Below, piece by piece: positions 26,438-38,400 of a DNA stretch of 64,000 bases. Position 1 is the stretch's first letter; the number at the start of each line of letters is the position of its first letter. The stretch comes from Eremomyces bilateralis CBS 781.70. Lineage: Eukaryota. The DNA is taken from assembly GCA_010015585.1 (NCBI GenBank), contig ML975172.1; one strand, given 5' to 3'. The notes beneath the pieces were generated by a model. That model saw nothing but the letters and a program-made list of their open reading frames with translations, was not told the origin of the DNA and searched no databases. The translations under genes were made by a program, and so were the position numbers.

Positions 26438-26891
26438 GATTACCAGACTGATAACGTATGAACCAAGGATGATAAACAAGAATTCGATAGAACTATCGAA
26501 ATTGCACCATAGACATTTCCACCATGATAAAACTGATGCCACTTAATTAGCCGAACACCTCTGGTTATGTACGAAGGTTAGCGAGCTCTAGAATTTGCAA
26601 GGACGCGCCAGCCGATGAGTATACGCAATCCAGCTCCGCGTTCTGCAATAATACCTAGCTAGTTGCGGCACGTCGGAGTCATCACTCGTCAGATAAGACG
26701 GATCTCCGACACAAAGAATCAACATGATAGGTTCGATGAAAAACCTCCTAATCGCATACGCGGGATCTGAGCGATCTTGAAGGTGAATTGAGTTGGTGCC
26801 TGATGGCAGTTCTAGATATTAGTCTGACGCCGTTTGGAGTTCGACTTCGGGGTTCGACTTCGGAGTTGGATTTTTGACGACCGCCAAGCTA

Positions 26892-28715
26892 AGTTCGAAT
26901 CCCTGCCAAATACCATAAGCAACCACCTAAGTAGCCAGTATCACCATCTCAACCACCATCACCTAGACCGTGATACCACTACGTAATTGTATTTAGAATT
27001 TAAACTATACGACTATTGCACAATATCTTGGGGAGACTCTTGGGCAGTTTGAGCTATTGGACTAGCCTGATTTGGTGGTGTATTCGCGTCAAGAAGTCGT
27101 ACAGCCTCTTGCGCTAGTTTGATCTCTTGAATCTGTGCGAATTTGACATTAAGATCTATCTGAACCTTCCTCTTACGTTTTGGGAGTGGAGCGGAATCTA
27201 GGTGGGCCTGAAGACCAGCAATTTTCAGTTCTGACGCAGCCTGGCGCGCCTGTAGCACTCCGATTGCCTTTGCTGCCTTCTCTATGTACGACTTGGTCGC
27301 CTTCGCCATGTGTGTATTCTTGCTAAGAACGCGCAATGCACTTTGTATTTGTTTGGGCCTGTAGGGCATCGTCTGGAGGACTGAGGGGACTAGTATTGGG
27401 GCGCGTGGAAGCGTGTTTGGTGGTGGAATTGAGGATGTTGTTTCGGTAGGCGTGGGCGGTACCACGAACCGGTTATTGAGGCCTTTTGACGGGTCCCACG
27501 GTATAAGACCTGCCCCCTTCCACCCCGATCTGATTGTACGGTCGGTTAGGCGTGCCTGGCGCGCCTTAGCATAGAGGACAATGAATCTTTGTCGTTTAAT
27601 CGGTAGCGCCTCGTCGATAAATGCGCTTTGGCGGAGGAGGGCCTTGTAGAAGCGTTTCAGAGGTGAAAAACAGGCGAGATCGAGAGGTTGAAGGATATGG
27701 GAGGTATGCGCAGGTAGGAAGACCACAGTCATGTCGTTTATCCTGCATTCGTATAGGAAATCGACGGTTGCATGGCTTCCGTGCCCGTCCATGAGTAGGA
27801 TCCTGGACCGTCGCTCTGTAGCGGTTTCATGGATGAAAACCGTACGAAGCCATACCAACACGTGTTTATCTGAAGCCCATCCGTTCGAAGATACCGCATA
27901 ATGCAAGTCTGGAGGCTGTCCGGGGAACCAAGCAGATTGTAGGGACGCGCCTTTCTGGATAACGGTTGCTTTGAGAGAGCGACTGGTTGCAGACTGCTTC
28001 TAGGATAGAAAACCATTCCCGGTTCTCAGGACTCGTGATTTAGGCTGTCGACTTCTGCGAGTCTGCGATAACAGTAGAAGTAGAACTAGCACATATTCCC
28101 ATTCCAACACCGACTTCATCCATATTTCATGTATCGGAAGAGTGGACATCGTACTGTGTCTGAACTTGGTGAAAATACGCGTAAAACCCAATGATTGTAT
28201 CCGGTGTTGCAGCCCGACGTCATACGACATCTGGACTATGTCCAATACAGGTCGCAACGCGTGGATTTCGATGTAGAAATCGCGGTACCCAGTTCTTCCC
28301 AAGAGGGGTGGAATCTTCTTGAAGGGATAGAACTCGCGATGCCATTTCTCGCAGTCGTGCGTGGGTAGGAGGGAATCCTTGAGCGTTATTCTCAAGTATC
28401 CAATCAACTAAAAAGGCCTCTTGCACCGGTGTAAGGCGTTGGTTCGATCGTTGAGCTTTAGCTCGTGGAGGGACACCTCTGAGGCGGTTTTGAAGCGTTC
28501 GTCAGTTGACCTGGAATAGGGCCGCAGCTTCGTTTTGTGATTTGCATTGACCGGTCTCTACTTAAGGCATGAATGGCATGTTGGACTCGATCCTCCAAAG
28601 ATGACATCGTAATATTAGACGGTGGCGGTGACATCACGGTTCAAGTGATGGTGGTTGAGATGGTGATACTCTACTGGCTACTTAGATGAGTGGCTACTTG
28701 GCTGGGGTTCGAACA
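26892..28715 (-). mobile_element. Full-length but decayed Fot1/pogo transposon, ~85-bp imperfect TIRs, TA target duplication
   Basis: TIRs 26892-26975 and 28632-28715 (GTTCGAA..CTAAGTAGCCAGTA..TATCACCATCTCAACCACCATCAC) flanked by TA. Transposase fragments GKNWVPRFLHRNP, IWNMDEVG, SNGWAS, LLMDGHGSH, SHILQPLDL with frameshifts. Confidence 0.93.
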
Positions 28716-29427
28716 TATTTTCATACCCATCGGGCATGATCCCAAATATCCATACAGTACATCAATTGATTCTATCATTCATTTCTATTATATTTGTTTT
28801 CCTGGAGTGCATGACCATAAAACCTTGTATCAAATCAAAAATAGCCATCTTCTTAGCCAAGCACCCAATGGCGTGACCACATCGCCTACTGATTGTGATT
28901 TGCGCCAAAAGGCCGCTCCATTCCTTTTGCGGGGCCAATCGGCGCCTTGACGACGATATTGAAGCGCCAGAGCCGCAAATCTGTGATGGACTAGTAGTTC
29001 TACTTGCAATGCACGATTTATCAGCTTCAACATATTCTAGAAGCCTAGCGTTAAAACCGAGATCCAAACACTGCTTTTCCATGAAGACGTTTTTGCGCAG
29101 CCTTATTGCGACATCCTTCTGACATCGTGAGTCAGATACGGTATACAATAAGGGTTGGAAAGATGGTCTGAGCTTTGGAGATCGATCAGCGGGCAGCGGC
29201 CAGCGCAACTCATTCGACTTATACTCTTTCGCACAGAAAACTAATCACTAACTACATTGAGGGTTGCATTCCTCCGGCTTCATGCCAACAAATCCCAATC
29301 TGTGGCAGCCTGAAAGAGACGCGCAACGACATACGGTACGTATACCCCAGGCTCATATCTTAAACAGAAAACCGCTGCCTGCTACACCATTTGTATTTAA
29401 TCGCCGAAGGGACGACAATATGACGAA

Positions 29428-29472
29428 CAAATTCAAGCATCAATTCAAGCATCAATTCAAGCATCAATTCAA
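29428..29472. repeat. Tandem 12-bp repeat (CAATTCAAGCAT, ~3.7 copies) just upstream of the GNAT start
   Basis: Read directly. Confidence 0.9.
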
Positions 29473-29504
29473 CTACGTTGGAAAGTTTTCTAAAAGTCAC
29501 CAAA

Positions 29505-30205
29505 ATGGCCACCACGATCCCCAACCACTCCATTCTCCCTCTGGAAGAGTCTGACATTCCCTCCCTCGCACGTCATGTTCAGGCCTCCAAGCTTGAACTC
29601 TCCATTAATCGTTTTTTATGGAAGGACTGGCCCAACGAAGCTGGTCAGGCTGTGAATTCCCGCCAAGCTATAGAGGGATCATTCGCCAGGTCCGACAGCG
29701 ACCGGTTCAAGGTCGTCAAAGATGACACTGGTGAGATTGTTGGACATCTTGTCATAACGCACAAGCGTCCTGTCCCCCAGGAGGAGGGAGGAAATCCAGT
29801 AAAGCCAGAGGTCCAGAAGGAGATGAATCCAGAAATCCTCGACTGGGTGATCAGGGCAAGTGCTAGCAACCAAAAGCTTGTCAAGGACCGAGAGCACTTA
29901 GGTATTTTGTGCCCCTCGATATTACCTTCGATCACTGGCTTATTATCACAGTTATAACTCACTTCTACGTCGCCCCCTCCTCGAGAAAGCAAGGGATTGC
30001 TTCGAGCCTGATACGTTTGGTCATTCAGAAGGGCAAGGAGGCAGCCCTTCCTGTCTTTGCGGGCGTGGAGCCACAGGCCCTTTCTTTACTACTCGCGCAT
30101 GGGTTTAAAGAGATTGGCTACTCTGATATTGACTTGAGCAAGTTTGCGCCAGAGAACTGCGGTTGGGGTGTGTTTCGTCTCACGGCAGTGATCCTGGAAC
30201 ATTGA
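29505..30205 (+). CDS. GNAT-family N-acetyltransferase
   Basis: Exons 29505-29901 and 29952-30205; acetyl-CoA motif FYVAPSSRKQGIASSLI, then LLLAHGFKEIG. Confidence 0.88.
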
Positions 30206-30715
30206 CATTTCACAAGAATATCTTTGTCAGCTTTGGGTACGAATTACATCGTAAACTGTGTGCTACCGAATTGCCGTTTGTGATTTAGTGCCACCCTATC
30301 GGGTATAGCGTTATTTTCCGTTTTCAAACCTCAAATCTCGAAAACATAAATACCACCACCCCTCCCCTTCTCAACTCCCCATAACTCTCTTCCGCCTCTT
30401 CCACCCTTTCCACACTTTAGTTTCTCTTTTCCTTTTGCTTCGCCCCGTCCTAATATTGCTCTGCACACCAATCGACCCCTTGCGCGAGCCATTTGCACTG
30501 GCTGAATCCGCCACCCCCTCCCCCCAGCACCCAAGTTTCTTCTCCTTCCTTTTCCATTCCATGCTTGACTGCTCACTCGTAGCGCCTTCTGGATGGTGAG
30601 TAAATGTGCGGCTTTATTGGAGCTTCTCGCCGCAATCTAGCGGAACTCTCAAGATATTTGTCCTAAGGGCACGTCCTACCTCGGCACCTCCGTATCCTCA
30701 GATTCGGCTTATCGC

Positions 30716-30953
30716 TCCGGCGAGTTCTTTGTAGATTTCGACTTCATTCATAAGATGTGAAGGACTGAGTTGGTTGTACTCGAGCTTCAAAGCGACGTTT
30801 TGTCCGGTTTGAAGGTCGTGACCTGCGATATCGATTAGGCTTCCCTTGCAATATCCTTTGAATCCGCACTAACCTTGATACAACTTCGCCATAAGAGCCG
30901 CCGCCAAGCCGGAGGTCTAACTGGTACTTATTCCGGACAAGGATAGGTTTCAT
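30716..30953 (-). pseudogene. N-terminal fragment of a casein kinase I-like gene
   Basis: VRNKYQLDLRLGGGSYGEV, a frameshift and intron, then GHDLQTGQNVALKLE..NEVEIYKELAG, after which similarity stops. Confidence 0.7.
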
Positions 30954-31536
30954 GACGGAAAAGAGAGGAGGACGTGGTTGAGTAGCCCAGAAGGTCCGCT
31001 ATTTTGGCCAGCATACAATTGTCTATCTTAGACCCCACTGTCGCACAGTATGTAAAAGCTAGTTATCAGGATTCCTCAAAACTTACAGAAATGTAGGTAA
31101 TTTGGTGGCGTAGACAGGGGGGGGTTGCAGCCCGTTCTCAGAAAGCCGGAGAGATATGTATGTTGTAGATCGGCTCTCCATTTCATCCCGACTCACTGTC
31201 AAGGGAAGATTTGTCAACTCTAATTGGAGGTTGGAATGTTGGCTGAGCAATTCACACGTACAGAGTGGGGTAGGGGCTGCACAGCCCTTGTATACTGTAC
31301 CGCCACTCATTCTGCAAGCCCCTGAGCAAGCGATTGGGAAGAGAGCTTGCGAATTCGCAAGGCCCGGATTGAATCCGAGGCTGGCATGTATCAACGTGCT
31401 TAAATCAACTATAAAGTGCCTACCCAAGCATCTCACCAGCTTCGATTGGCGTCAGCATCGTCGCCCGTCCACATCCAACTTTCCGACTACCGTGCCGAGC
31501 AAGGTGGATAAGGCGGGGATATATATCGAGCGCAGC

Positions 31537-32398
31537 ATGGCAGATATTTTCCGAGATTCCTTGTTCACGTCGAAGGCGACGGACTACGTGTGCCCCAAGT
31601 GGACTAGTCCGTGGCGGTTTTGGTGCAACGCTCCGAGCATCTGCACGACCGACTCTCGGACATCGAAACAGTATTGCTGCAATCCTGGTGATATCTGCTG
31701 GGCTCCCACCTCAGCGTGCTCTGGCGACGGGAGTACTTTCACCTGCACCAGTGGCGACAGCACATGGTGCTGTCTAAAGGATAAGTTCGTTCACACCCTG
31801 CTAGTGCTGGAGACGACCACAGTGGAAGACCAAGCTAACTCACGATTACATTGATAGAGAAATTTGCACACAGTTGACGGGTCAAAGAAACATATGCTAT
31901 ACCACATCCCCAAATCCTCTACAAAACTTTACCGAGAGCGTACTCGATGATACGTTTTCGTCCTTGAGCTCCGCGGCGCCGACCGCCAGTGCCTACAGGT
32001 TCGATCTCGCCGCGTTACTTGGACAAACCACACACACGTCGGGGCAAATCGCAGACCCGACGGGCACTAGTTCGACCTCAGATGGCGTTCCGTTGTCCAA
32101 TTCTCCGTCAAGTGGTCAGCCGTCTGCCGGTTCTCTTTCTGGTGGAGCAATAGCAGGAATCGTCATCGGCGCATTGGCCGTAGTTGTTATCGCTGCCCTC
32201 GTCGTGGTTCTCTTCTTGCGATACCGACAGAAACCCAAGAACCAGGTTGCGCAGCTGGCCCAGCCGCAGACCGGCCCAAAGTACTTTCCATCGGTTGAAG
32301 TGTCTCAAGCGGCTCCGCCTGTGGTGCCGTATGAGCTACAATTCATTTCGGTCAGCCCAGCGGAGCTGCCTGGATATGGGAACGGAGGCGGGCGATAA
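31537..32398 (+). CDS. Single-pass membrane protein: Cys-rich N-terminal domain, Ser/Thr stalk, Mid2/Skg6-like TM
   Basis: Exons 31537-31784 and 31858-32398; about 12 Cys including two CC pairs; LSGGAIAGIVIGALAVVVIAALVVVLFL followed by RYRQK. Confidence 0.8.
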
Positions 32399-32706
32399 CG
32401 ATCGTTTTCGAAAGAGCTTGAGTACTTCAAGATATAGTTAAATATTATGCCTGGTTAGGCAGGAACGCTCACGGAGGATACATCAAGGGAGCGATCACCA
32501 GTGATCGAAGGGATTAGAGTAATCACTAGTGATAGTTTGGAGGATTCTTGGATTGATCTCAAAGGTAAACTATCTAGTATCGGACAGAACGAAGAATGAA
32601 GAAGAAAAGGGAAGGGAAACAGGAACGAAGGAGGTATCTTATCTACATGTGTATCTTCCCGTGGTGGTTGTTTGTTACCCACCTCTCAACACATGCGACT
32701 ATCCTA

Positions 32707-34328
32707 CATTGGGGTGGTCAAATTTGTGGCGCAGAGGTCTTAGCAGCTGATATATCTCCAGCTCCCTCAACTTTGATCTTCAATATCTTCACCATTTTTT
32801 ATACAAATCATGCCAGGAAAAGAGTGGGATAGTCTCCGTAAGATTGCATTTTTTAGGCTCTATGATCAGTCCAAAACCGCCAATGATTTACCTCAATCTG
32901 TCGCCAAAAGGGCATTAAGATCCCACCATCAACAGGCCGCCGATGGCTTGCCCAATGCGATGAGCCAGGGCTACGGGCTATACGACGTACAAGGGATATT
33001 AGCAAACGCCTTGGACGACCTCCTAGCCTCGATAGCCGGACGCTTCAGAGCCCCCTCGATCCGTAGAACGAGCTATACTGGAAGTCAAGAGAGGAGCAAG
33101 CAAAAGAGCTAAGGGTATACACTCGAACACTCCAAAAGAACTTCTCTAAACGGCTCAACGCGAGGCGCTATAAGAAGCCACAAACCAAGGCTATCAGCTC
33201 TACAAACAAGGGGGTCCGGAAGGTCTATGGGGAGGACCATCGTGGTAAGTCAATCAAAGATCTATGGCGATGGCTCTACTTCATAGACGGGACCTATTTC
33301 AACTCCAGAGATCTCGCTGATAAGCAGGAATACGAGTTACGGGTCCCAGGCGAATCTCAACGATTTAAATCAATACAGGGGATTCAGGGTAGCCCCCTCG
33401 ACGTAACGGTTCACGTTGCAGCCGGAATCTCCTATGATCGGAAAGGGGTCTTCCATTTCTACCCTAATCCAGCCGAACCAGCTGCAAAAAGGGCGTATAG
33501 GCCCCGGAGACCGCGGAGGTCAAGTGTTGAGACTTGTAAGTGTATCACTGTAGGGAGTCTCCAATCGTGAGGCAAACATTGAATTGTTGCTATGAAGGAG
33601 GAATCTATCTAACTGTAAGGTGTGCGAGGCGTTTATCTGTTCTGGTGTTTACAGAGCAAACGGGCCAGGGCCACAGCAGGGCCACATGACAAGGCCACAA
33701 GGCCACAAGGCATCCAGGTCGATAGACCTCTGATCCATCACAAGACTACTGAGCAGTATACCGCTGCATAAGAGGCGTGGGAGGCCGGCTAGCGGGGCGA
33801 TATTGACGTAGATATCAAGATTAAAGGGAACTCGATGACCCAAAATTATTACGCTCAATACATCCTTCCAAAGCATATCGAGCATATTAAGGCTCTTGGT
33901 GAGCAATTCGGCCATCGTTTCTACTTATAGGACGACGGTGATTCATCGCATGGGATGCGATCCTTGATGAATCCAGCCGCGCAGGCTAAACCCGCGGCAG
34001 GTATCTTGATACTCCCCAATCCAGCGCAATCGGCTGATCTCGACCCCAATCGAGTCAATTTGGCAGATCATAAAGTAACGGCTACGCGGCGGGAGGTGGG
34101 AGACGGTGAAAGAGTTCAAGGAGGCGATCCTACGCGAATGGAAGCGTATTACACAGCAGCAAATCCGTTCAAGGACATCTGAGATGCGTTGGCGATGTGA
34201 GAAAGTAGTAAAACTTAAGAGAGCACGTATTAGGAGCTCGTTGTGGTAGATACCAACAATTGAAGTCGTTGATAGCGTGCTTTGTCCGGTGCCAAGACCT
34301 CTGCGCCACGAATTTTACCACCCCGGTG
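32707..34328 (+). mobile_element. Decayed Tc1-like (ITm) DNA transposon with ~40-bp TIRs
   Basis: Left TIR CATTGGGGTGGTCAAATTTGTGGCGCAGAGGTCTT after TA; reverse complement at ~34290-34328. Transposase relics: ATG 32810, WRWLYFIDG, KGNSMTQNYY..ILP, DGDSSHG, PAQSADLDP(I)ESIWQIIK. Confidence 0.9.
33535..33742. mobile_element. Solo LTR (208 bp) nested in the Tc1-like element
   Basis: Begins TGT, ends ACA, flanked by perfect 5-bp TSD AGACT (33530-33534, 33743-33747); removing it restores the transposase frame (RRSSVET-TEQY). Confidence 0.9.
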
Positions 34329-34343
34329 GAGCGCGTGCAAGGT

Positions 34344-35079
34344 CTTGGCGCTGTGGCAGGGAGTTTTTGGAACCGCCGGTAACGAAACGGGAGCGTTTCG
34401 CCTAAGCGGAAAACCCTCCAAAAACGGCGTCAGAAACCTCCGTTTTTGGAGGTCATTTCGGTAGCACACAGTTAATTACTGCGTATCCGAACATCAGATT
34501 TCATTTCATATACACTCTCTGCCTCGATCATAGGCAGACATACGAGTCGAGCAAGCAATGCAAAGGCCATCTCCGTCGCATTTAGCGGCAGCGGCGCCCA
34601 GTCAATCGCCTCTTCCCCCACGAATACAATCAACGCCTTCTACATCGCTTCAATCCGAACCATCTACCAGCATATCCGACAGCGCGTAATCTGCCTCGCC
34701 CAACCCACCAATTCATGTCCAGCAGTCAGAACACCCGCCATCTCAACCATTTCAGCTCTCTAAACCGCCTGAAGCAGAGTTTCCTCGCCCTACCACCGGC
34801 CTTACCCAGACCGCACACGTTGCCCCCTTCCTCCTCAACACAAACCTGATCCATGTCTCGAGCAAGGCCGATTGCCCATTCGCACAATTTCGGGCTGCCA
34901 GAGCCGTGAATCTAGCGTGGAGAAGTTGTGAAGGCTCTCTGAGGCGAGATCCGAAAATATCGTTTGCCAAACACGACGCCTTGGCGCTATGGCAGGGAGT
35001 CTTGGGCACCACCAGTAATGAAACGAGAGCGTTTCGCCTAGGCTGAAAGCCCTTTGGAAATGGCGTCAGAAACTACCGT
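34344..35079 (+). repeat. Pair of diverged ~100-bp direct repeats (34344-34443 and 34980-35079)
   Basis: CTTGGCGCT.TGGCAGGGAGT..GAGCGTTTCGCCTA..GGCGTCAGAAAC present twice, 636 bp apart. Confidence 0.85.
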
Positions 35080-35438
35080 GTCGCTTTGTAATGCCTGCTC
35101 CAACCTGTGCAACACGGGCTTAACTGTGCTAATATCTTTGGCGGCGTCTGGAGCATCTTTAACATTGTTGATGGTCTTGGCGAGGAACTATGCGCTCTAA
35201 AGAGCTGCCGTGGTGATGTCTACGATAGCAGCAGTAATATTAAGAGGGTTCGTTATGGTTACAGAAACCGTTCATGGAGATTAATCGATGGGTTCCCAAC
35301 CGAGGTAAAGAAACGAACACTGGAATGGAGGGATGAACGGTACGTTGGCCCGTTGGGAGGGCTACACTTCAATTGAGACGGTGCTGAGGGGCTGCGACGA
35401 ATCATCAGGTGCACCTAGACGCTGCCGCTTCAATACGC

Positions 35439-38400
35439 ATGACGAGGTCTTTTGTTCGTCGATCAAAATCGTCGATCAACACCTATGCAGACCAAAGTTG
35501 TGACGAGATTACATCGTTGAGTATTCCATCAAGGCATAACGTAACAATGGTAATGGTACGCAATAGCGGCGATACCTCCGGTAAGTACCTCAGTTTTGCG
35601 GCTTCTAGATACATCAAATTGACTAGCAGTCTAGATTTAGATCGAGTACTTAATATCTTACCCATTGCTGCCGATGCATCGTTCAAATCATTCAAGCGAC
35701 AGCACGAACCAACCTGCCACCCCGATACCCGTGTCGCCCTCCTCCGAGAGATATACAACTGGGCTGATGGAGAACGCTCACCATTCATCTTCTGGCTGAG
35801 CGGTTTGGCCGGCACTGGCAAGTCTACAATAGCGCGAACAGTGGCCGCCAGTTACTCTCAGAAGGGTCAACTTACGGGGAGCTTCTTCTTCTCACGGACC
35901 GGGGGGGATGTTGGTCGCACCGGAAAGTTCATTACAAGTATTGCATTCCAGCTTGCGAATGCAATACCAGATTTGAAGCCTAAGATTTGCGATGCTATAT
36001 CTAAGTGCAATAATATTTCAAGCTGGTCTCTCCACGATCAGTGGCACGAACTCATTCTTGGTCCCTTATCGAAACTTGACGACAAGGATTGCCGATCGAA
36101 ACATGTCCTTGTTGTCGACGCGCTTGATGAGTGTGAAGATCAGAACAATATTCAGATTATTTTACAACTTCTAGCTGAAGTTCAATCATTAAAGGTTATT
36201 AAGCTACGAGTGCTTTTAACGAGCAGGCCTGAGGTTCCGATCCAGCATGGGTTCCACCAAATACGAGAAGACGAGCACCAAGATTTAGTACTTGATGATA
36301 TTAAGCGGTCGATTATAGACCACGACATTTCTGTTTTCCTGAGAGGCAAACTCAGACTTATTGGACGAGAATGTCGATTTAAGGCCGGCTGGCCGGAAGA
36401 CAGAGCTATCGAACGCCTAGTCCAGAACTCAGGGGGATTGTTTATCTGGGCTGCAACAGCCTGTCGGTTCATCGAACAAGACGGCCAGCTTGCAGAAACA
36501 CGACTGACTTCTCTTCTATGGGAAGGCAGTGGTATACTTCTACCAGAGCGGAAGCTTGATAAAATATATACCACCGTCCTCACCAATTCTCTCCGAGGAG
36601 AATACGATAAAGAAGAAAGCTGGAGGCTGCACAAGCTATTTCGCCAAATTGTTGGACCTATGGTAACGTTACGAGATCCGCTATCCGTATCTAGTCTTGC
36701 GGAGCTGCTTGGGAAAGATGTCCACACTTTAAAACGAACCTTGACCAACTTATATTCCGTTCTCGATATGCCGAACATCGAGACAAATACCATTCGGCTT
36801 CTCCATCCATCATTCCACGACTTCCTTCTTGACCAGAGCAGATACTCGAATCCTCAATTTTACATCGACAAGAAACTCGTCCATCGTCTAATTTATCAAA
36901 ACTGTCTTCAAGTAATGTCAAAGCACCTACGGCGCGATATCTGCAATCTCCAACATCCGGGAGCTTCCACAGCCGGCTTGAGCGGAACCGAATTAGACAG
37001 ACATGTCCAACCTCCTGTCCAGTACGCATGCCGGTTCTGGGTATATCATTTCAAGCGAAGCGATATGGACATTGGCGACTACGATGACATTGAAGTATTT
37101 CTCCGAAGGCACTTCCTTCACTGGCTTGAAGTACTATCATTGCTAGGTTGTGTCTCTGATGCGACTTTTATGATTGATATGCTAGACTCAACATTGGTAA
37201 GAAGACCGATCACGGAAATCGATGACACTAGCTGACCGGTCAGAATATGCGAATCGAGCAACCTCAGATGCGATTAGGGCTTCGTGATAGAATAAAATCG
37301 ACCTTTCTACACCGCCTTGACCTCAAGAATGAAGGAACAACACCTTCTAGTTTACAAGCTTTCATACATGACGCTATACGCTTCACCGTAACTTTTCAAC
37401 CGGTTTTGGAAACGTCACCACTACAAGTATATTACGGGGGTCTAACATTTAGTCCGAATGCGAGCATTGTCAGGAAGAACTTCTTGATTGAAGTTCCAGC
37501 TTGGATCTCATGCATGCCCAAGGTGTCGGAAAAATGGAGCCACTATTTACAGGTGTTCAAGGGCCATTCAGGCCGGGTCACGTCCGTGGACTTCTCGCCG
37601 GACAGCAAGACGCTGGCATCAGCATCAGAGGACGCAACGATCAGGGTGTGGGACGCCGGGTCCGGAAAGGCGCTACAAACGCTTAAGGGCCATTTAGACT
37701 GGGTCATGTCCGTGGCCTTCTCACCGGACAGCAAGACGCTGGCGTCGGCATCGGTGGACGCGACGGTCAGGGTGTGGGACGCCGAGTCCGGGAAGGCGCT
37801 ACAAACATTTAAGGGCCATTTAGACTGGGTCGCTGCCGTGACCTTCTCGCCGGATAGCAAGATGCTAGCGTCAGCATCGAGCGACGCGACGGTCAGAATA
37901 TGGGACGCCCGGTCCGGAAAGGCGCTACGGATACTCAAGGGCCATTCGGGCATAGTCAAGGCCGTAACCTTCTCGCCGGACGGTAAGACGCTGGCGTCGG
38001 CATTATGCGATGCAACGGTTAGGGTATGGGACGTCGAGTCCGGAAAGGCGCTACGGACACTTAAGGGCCATTCGGGCTGGGTCGCGGCTGTGACCTTCTC
38101 GCCGAACGGCAAGACACTAGCGTCGGCATCATGCGACGGGACGGCCAAGGTGTGGGATCTCGGGTCTGGGGAGACGCTACAGACGCTTTATGGCCATTCG
38201 AACGTGGTCGCAGCCGTGACCTTCTCGCCGGATGGTAAGACACTAGTATCAGCATCGTGGGATACGACGGTCAGAGTATGGGACGCCGGGTCCGGGGAGG
38301 CGCTACAGACGCTTAAGGGCCATTCAAGGGCCGTTAAAGCCGTAGCCTTCTCGCCGGACGGCATGACGCTGGCGTCGGCATCGGGAGACACGACGGTCAG

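Noticed and set aside
1176..30205. P450 + ABC transporter + acetyltransferase as a secondary-metabolite cluster
   Set aside because: The P450 is housekeeping ERG5, the genes are far apart and there is no PKS, NRPS or terpene synthase.
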